The notes beneath the pieces were generated by a model. The model was not told where the DNA came from. It was given only the letters and a program-made list of their open reading frames with translations, and searched no databases. Positions 60,718 through 64,000 of a stretch of DNA of 64,000 nt are shown here, in pieces. The translations under genes and the position numbers were made by a program. This stretch comes from a virus. The stretch lies in IMG/VR virus record IMGVR_UViG_3300045988_073070. The stretch is one strand, 5' to 3'. The number at the start of each line of letters is the position of its first letter. Position 1 is the stretch's first letter.

Positions 60718-60762
60718 ATACCGTGGACAAGGTTAATAACTACGTTCACGGTATTTTAATTT
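60718..60762 (+). terminator. hairpin/terminator-like element
   Basis: Perfect 8-bp stem ATACCGTG (60718-60725) / CACGGTAT (60747-60754) followed by TTTAATTT. The loop is 21 nt, which makes this less certain. Confidence 0.45.
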
Positions 60763-60771
60763 AACAAAAGT

Positions 60772-61446
60772 ATGATAACAAGTAATTATATTGTTCACGA
60801 CTGCGAAACGGGTGGATTGGATTGCGAAAAGAATCCCATTACCCAATATGCTTGCATTATTCTTGACGGTAAGACTTTGAAGGAGCTTGACCGATACGAG
60901 ACATTTGTAAAACCTTATGCTGATTTGACGATTGAAAAACAAGCTCTTGAAAAGACTATGGTAAGTATGTCTGATATCAAGAACGGAGTTCCTGTCAAGG
61001 AGTTCATTGCCACAACTCACGACCTTTGGAAACAATATCAATCAAAGGCGAAATGGGAAGATGCCCGAAGGTTAGTATCAGTTGGGCACAATATACCATT
61101 TGACCACCGTATGCTTGAATGGGCATTCCGATATTGCAAGAAAGGAAGTATTTGGAATTTGCTACAAGATAGCTTTATTGATACTATGGTATTAACGAAG
61201 ATGACTTGGGGAATTAACGGAAATGAAAAGATTACACTTTCAGATGCCGTTCGATATGCCAAGTTGAAGATAACGGATGCTCACGGAGCTATGAATGACG
61301 TAGAGGCAACCGCAGACCTTCTCCGTTGGTTCATGAAGAAGCTCCGAAGTAAGAAGGGAGAAGCGAGTGTTGAGAAAGAAGTTAAGGAACGTTTGAAAGG
61401 TCAAGAGTTCTTTGAGTTTCAATGCGGCGGTAAAACTCCAAAATAA
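60772..61446 (+). CDS. dnaQ: DnaQ-like DEDDh 3'-5' exonuclease (candidate Pol III epsilon-type proofreader)
   Basis: ExoI 'IVHDCETGGLD', ExoII 'VGHNIPFDHRML', ExoIII 'HGAMNDVEATADL'. Confidence 0.85.
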   Translation: MITSNYIVHDCETGGLDCEKNPITQYACIILDGKTLKELDRYETFVKPYADLTIEKQALEKTMVSMSDIKNGVPVKEFIATTHDLWKQYQSKAKWEDARRLVSVGHNIPFDHRMLEWAFRYCKKGSIWNLLQDSFIDTMVLTKMTWGINGNEKITLSDAVRYAKLKITDAHGAMNDVEATADLLRWFMKKLRSKKGEASVEKEVKERLKGQEFFEFQCGGKTPK

Positions 61447-61468
61447 AACTTACCAAAGTTTATATAAC

Positions 61469-61487
61469 AAAATTGTAAATCAAATTG
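61469..61487 (+). promoter_or_regulatory. start-codon-abutting tandem motif
   Basis: 'aaaattgtaaatcaaattg' lies 2 nt before the ATG at 61490. Confidence 0.6.
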
Positions 61488-61489
61488 AT

Positions 61490-62272
61490 ATGGCACGTGC
61501 AACAGTTGACGAAGTAAGAGCTGGATTGGAATTGGCTCTTGAAGAGATTCTAAATGTCCAAAACATGAATGTTTGGATAAGTGTTAAAGATAGACCAATT
61601 GGTAAGATTCTTGAAAGCGCAGGAGTTGAGAAGAAATACAACCCATACGTTATGAAGGCTCTTGTTAAATTAGGATTGGTTGAGGAAGAAGGACAGCTTG
61701 GCGGTAAAATGTATAAAATCAAGTCCAAAGTCATTCCCGATGTAAAGTATTTGGTTAAGAAGATTCACGAAGAAGCCAAAGCCGAACGGAAATCATATTA
61801 CACTCCAGTATCGGAGCGAGAGGAAAAGCAATTTGACGGTTATCCTACTTCAAAGCCTTCCGACCTTAAACCAAAACGCCCATACAAGCGCAAAGATGCG
61901 CATCAATCCGAATACTCTTCACCAGCTGTTAAAACGACACGACAAGTAATTATACCAAATTTGGGTGATATGAGATTCTTGGTATATGAAAACAATATCG
62001 TGGAAGGAAAGATTGTATCACTTCACTTTGGAGAGGACGGCAAGAAAATTATGTATAATATTGAGATAGTTAATACATATTGGATTAAGATGCAGAATGC
62101 TCCGAAGGTAGAAATCAAAGAGGACACGAGAGATTATGATGGCGAAGAAGATGACGTTGAACCAACAAAGTATCTTGTATTGAGAGATATGAGCGTGAAA
62201 GACTTATTTGAAACACCTGCAATTGCTGCTGAATATCTGGTACGTCATTCAGTCAAATACATTAAGAAGTAA
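61490..62272 (+). CDS. hypothetical protein with a winged-helix-like N-terminus
   Basis: ATG at 61490 ('MARATVDEVRAG'). The track start at 61412 overlaps dnaQ. Confidence 0.4.
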   Translation: MARATVDEVRAGLELALEEILNVQNMNVWISVKDRPIGKILESAGVEKKYNPYVMKALVKLGLVEEEGQLGGKMYKIKSKVIPDVKYLVKKIHEEAKAERKSYYTPVSEREEKQFDGYPTSKPSDLKPKRPYKRKDAHQSEYSSPAVKTTRQVIIPNLGDMRFLVYENNIVEGKIVSLHFGEDGKKIMYNIEIVNTYWIKMQNAPKVEIKEDTRDYDGEEDDVEPTKYLVLRDMSVKDLFETPAIAAEYLVRHSVKYIKK

Positions 62273-62307
62273 CATTATCAAGTATAATAAACAAAATCGT
62301 AAACGTT

Positions 62308-63063
62308 ATGTCAGAATTGGAAAAGAAAACAGAAGAAGCTCCGAAGCGTAAACGCAGAACGAAAGCGGAGCTTGAAGAAGCAAAGAAAAACGGCACTTAC
62401 AAGCCGAGAAAGAAAGTTGTGAAGGAAGAAGTGCCGAACGAGACGAAAGCACCCGAAGAACATGCCGCCAAAGCTCCTATGAAGCCTGAGCAGAGTGTTC
62501 TTATTATGGCGTGTTTGAATCCGACCGTAGCAGAAGCCGCAACGAAAGCAGCACATGATGCGGGAGTCAAAGTGGTCATTCTTGAAGACCGAGTTATTCA
62601 CGACTATTTGGAAGTAAGAGAAGGTGAAAAACCTCAAGACCTTTCCGACTTCTTGAACAACGCTTCAAACCGTCTCCATGCTGAAGACCAATGTAAGAAA
62701 CTTTATGCTATCATAACAAAGGGTGGACGCATTGAAGATTCGGTTGGAAGAGTATTCACGGCAAGCGAGGTTGTGAAAGCTACAAACTTGACTCACTCAA
62801 AAGCGAGAGCCGTGTTTGACCTTCTCAGAGCGTTCGGACTTATTAAGTTCACCAAAGGAAACTTCCAATTTATGTTTACATTCTCCAATGACCTTCGGAG
62901 AAAGACAATCAAAGAAGAAGTTTTGGGAATGTTGAAAGTTATCAACGTGGACATCCAAAGATACCGAGCTTCAATATACAATGACGATTCTTTAACACCA
63001 GAGCAAAAACATGAAATGTATAATGGTTTGGCCAAAGATTTGGACGAGGTATTGGAGTTCTAA
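62308..63063 (+). CDS. basic N-terminus plus wHTH-like protein; possible small terminase subunit, by position only
   Basis: 'KRKRRTKAELEEAKK', 'ASEVVKATNLTHSKARAVFDLLRAFGLIKF'. Directly upstream of the large terminase, but separated from it by a terminator. Confidence 0.3.
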   Translation: MSELEKKTEEAPKRKRRTKAELEEAKKNGTYKPRKKVVKEEVPNETKAPEEHAAKAPMKPEQSVLIMACLNPTVAEAATKAAHDAGVKVVILEDRVIHDYLEVREGEKPQDLSDFLNNASNRLHAEDQCKKLYAIITKGGRIEDSVGRVFTASEVVKATNLTHSKARAVFDLLRAFGLIKFTKGNFQFMFTFSNDLRRKTIKEEVLGMLKVINVDIQRYRASIYNDDSLTPEQKHEMYNGLAKDLDEVLEF

Positions 63064-63084
63064 TAATTCATAATATAGTGTGGG

Positions 63085-63123
63085 AGCTAACAAGGAGCAA
63101 TCTTTGTTAGCTTTTGCCGTTTT
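63085..63123 (+). terminator. rho-independent terminator
   Basis: AGCTAACAA (63085-63093) / TTGTTAGCT (63104-63112) followed by TTTGCCGTTTT. Confidence 0.75.
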
Positions 63124-63136
63124 AAGACGTTTGTTT

Positions 63137-64000
63137 ATGTTAGTAGATTCTTCAGGCACTTTGTTACTTCAAACTCCGATGCACCGATTGGAGTGTTTGA
63201 ACGTTGTTGATGAAATAATCGAAGGACTTGATGAGCGAGGAATCAACGAGCTTTTGGAAGGCTCAGAAGGCGACTTGGATTTTGTTATTGATAATTTAGT
63301 CCGAGATACTTTTGAGGTAATGTACACGGGAAAGACTGATATTGACTTTTCTCCTAAATACACCGACCGTCTTTCAGAATCAATTGAGGAAACGTTAAGG
63401 ACAAGAAACCTTACATATTTTATCACTTCGGTGATGCCCGACTTTCAATTGTCTTGGCATCATTTGGAATGGGGAGACTTGGTGCACCGATATAGGAAGC
63501 TGTGTATTGAGGCAGCACGTGACCATGGTAAATCTTTCTATTTCTCCAATGCTTATGCAGCTTGGCAATTGTATAAGTATGCCCGACCGAAGGGAACAGT
63601 ATTTTCAGCCAGACCTACCAAATCAAATTCCAATCGTGGTTATCTCTTTTCGTTCTCTTTGCAACAATCCGTTGACCTTATGGAGATTCTCAAAGGAACG
63701 ATTGAGAGCAACGATATATTGAGACAAAGACTTTTCCCAGATTCAAAACAAAGCGGAGCTTGGGCAAGTACGAATATAGTATGTAAGAACGGAGCGAGAT
63801 TGACGTGTAAGGGATTTGGGTCATCAGTACGTGGTGCTCACCCGTTCTGGATAGTAGTAGATGACGGATTAAAAGATAACGTCATATACAGTCAGCTACA
63901 AAGGCAGAAAAGCATTGATTATTTTCATTCGGTTATTATGAACATGCTTGTGCCAGGTGGGCAGATTATTGTTGTTGGTACTCCATTCCACGCTTCGGAT
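63137..64000 (+). CDS. terL: terminase large subunit, 5' partial (runs off the window end; absent from the ORF track)
   Basis: My own translation from the ATG at 63137 is open for 288 codons. It contains 'IEAARDHGKSFYFS' (Walker A-like), 'AHPFWIVVDDG' (Walker B) and 'IIVVGTPFHASD' (coupling motif). Confidence 0.8.
   Translation, partial: MLVDSSGTLLLQTPMHRLECLNVVDEIIEGLDERGINELLEGSEGDLDFVIDNLVRDTFEVMYTGKTDIDFSPKYTDRLSESIEETLRTRNLTYFITSVMPDFQLSWHHLEWGDLVHRYRKLCIEAARDHGKSFYFSNAYAAWQLYKYARPKGTVFSARPTKSNSNRGYLFSFSLQQSVDLMEILKGTIESNDILRQRLFPDSKQSGAWASTNIVCKNGARLTCKGFGSSVRGAHPFWIVVDDGLKDNVIYSQLQRQKSIDYFHSVIMNMLVPGGQIIVVGTPFHASD

Noticed and set aside
44968-61487. Whether the recurring AAATTGTAAA units could be a CRISPR array or mini-array.
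   Set aside because: The copies are dispersed over 40 kb and always sit next to start codons. There are no regularly spaced repeat-spacer units and no cas genes.
63169-63426. 85-aa minus-strand ORF, and the + strand ORF 63507-63722, near the window end.
   Set aside because: Both lie inside a 288-codon open frame (63137 to the window end) that carries terminase Walker A/B and coupling motifs. The track misses that frame only because it has no stop within the window.
1-64000. Prophage or lysogeny signals (integrase, CI-like repressor, att sites) and flanking bacterial genes.
   Set aside because: I recognised none. The whole window is phage-like and co-directional, but the genome continues beyond both ends, so a temperate lifestyle cannot be excluded.

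Overview
This window looks like about 64 kb of a larger tailed dsDNA phage (Caudoviricetes) genome. It is not a bacterial chromosome. Every credible gene is on the + strand and packed tightly, with many ATGA/TAATG stop-start overlaps. Gene order: end of the tail module (tape measure, M23 lysin, baseplate J-like protein, several fibre-like proteins and a 1259-aa fibre carrying a sialate-O-acetylesterase-like domain, 46-17530); replication (SF2 helicase, DnaB-like helicase, primase, 17.9-22.6 kb); a sigma-like gene and a highly charged protein; a nucleotide and replication block (ThyA-superfamily enzyme, bacterial-type DnaE Pol III alpha, YfbR-like HD nucleotidase, DUF1599-like protein); a T4-style recombination set (gp32-like, UvsX/RecA-like, Mre11/Rad50-like, RuvC-like, UvrD-like); then about 20 kb of small accessory genes. 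The accessory region includes a clear ECF sigma factor, a T4 endonuclease V homologue, a lysis cassette, HU and a DnaQ-like exonuclease. The window ends in the 5' part of a large terminase gene, which the ORF track misses because it runs off the end. Three near-identical copies of a Bacteroidota-type promoter (TTTG, 19 nt, TAnnTTTG) and the lack of Shine-Dalgarno sequences suggest a Bacteroidota host. I found no tRNA, rRNA, CRISPR array, integrase or reverse transcriptase. The most interesting signals are: a tandem AAATTGTAAA-like motif abutting at least 8 start codons, together with three phage sigma-like genes; a possible thymidine-replacement or modification gene set; Glu/Lys-rich proteins sharing a helix-extended-helix module; two G5-box noncoding islands; and a DUF3846-like gene broken by a 1-nt frameshift. 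All homology calls come from reading motifs by eye and from memory of protein families. No database search was run.
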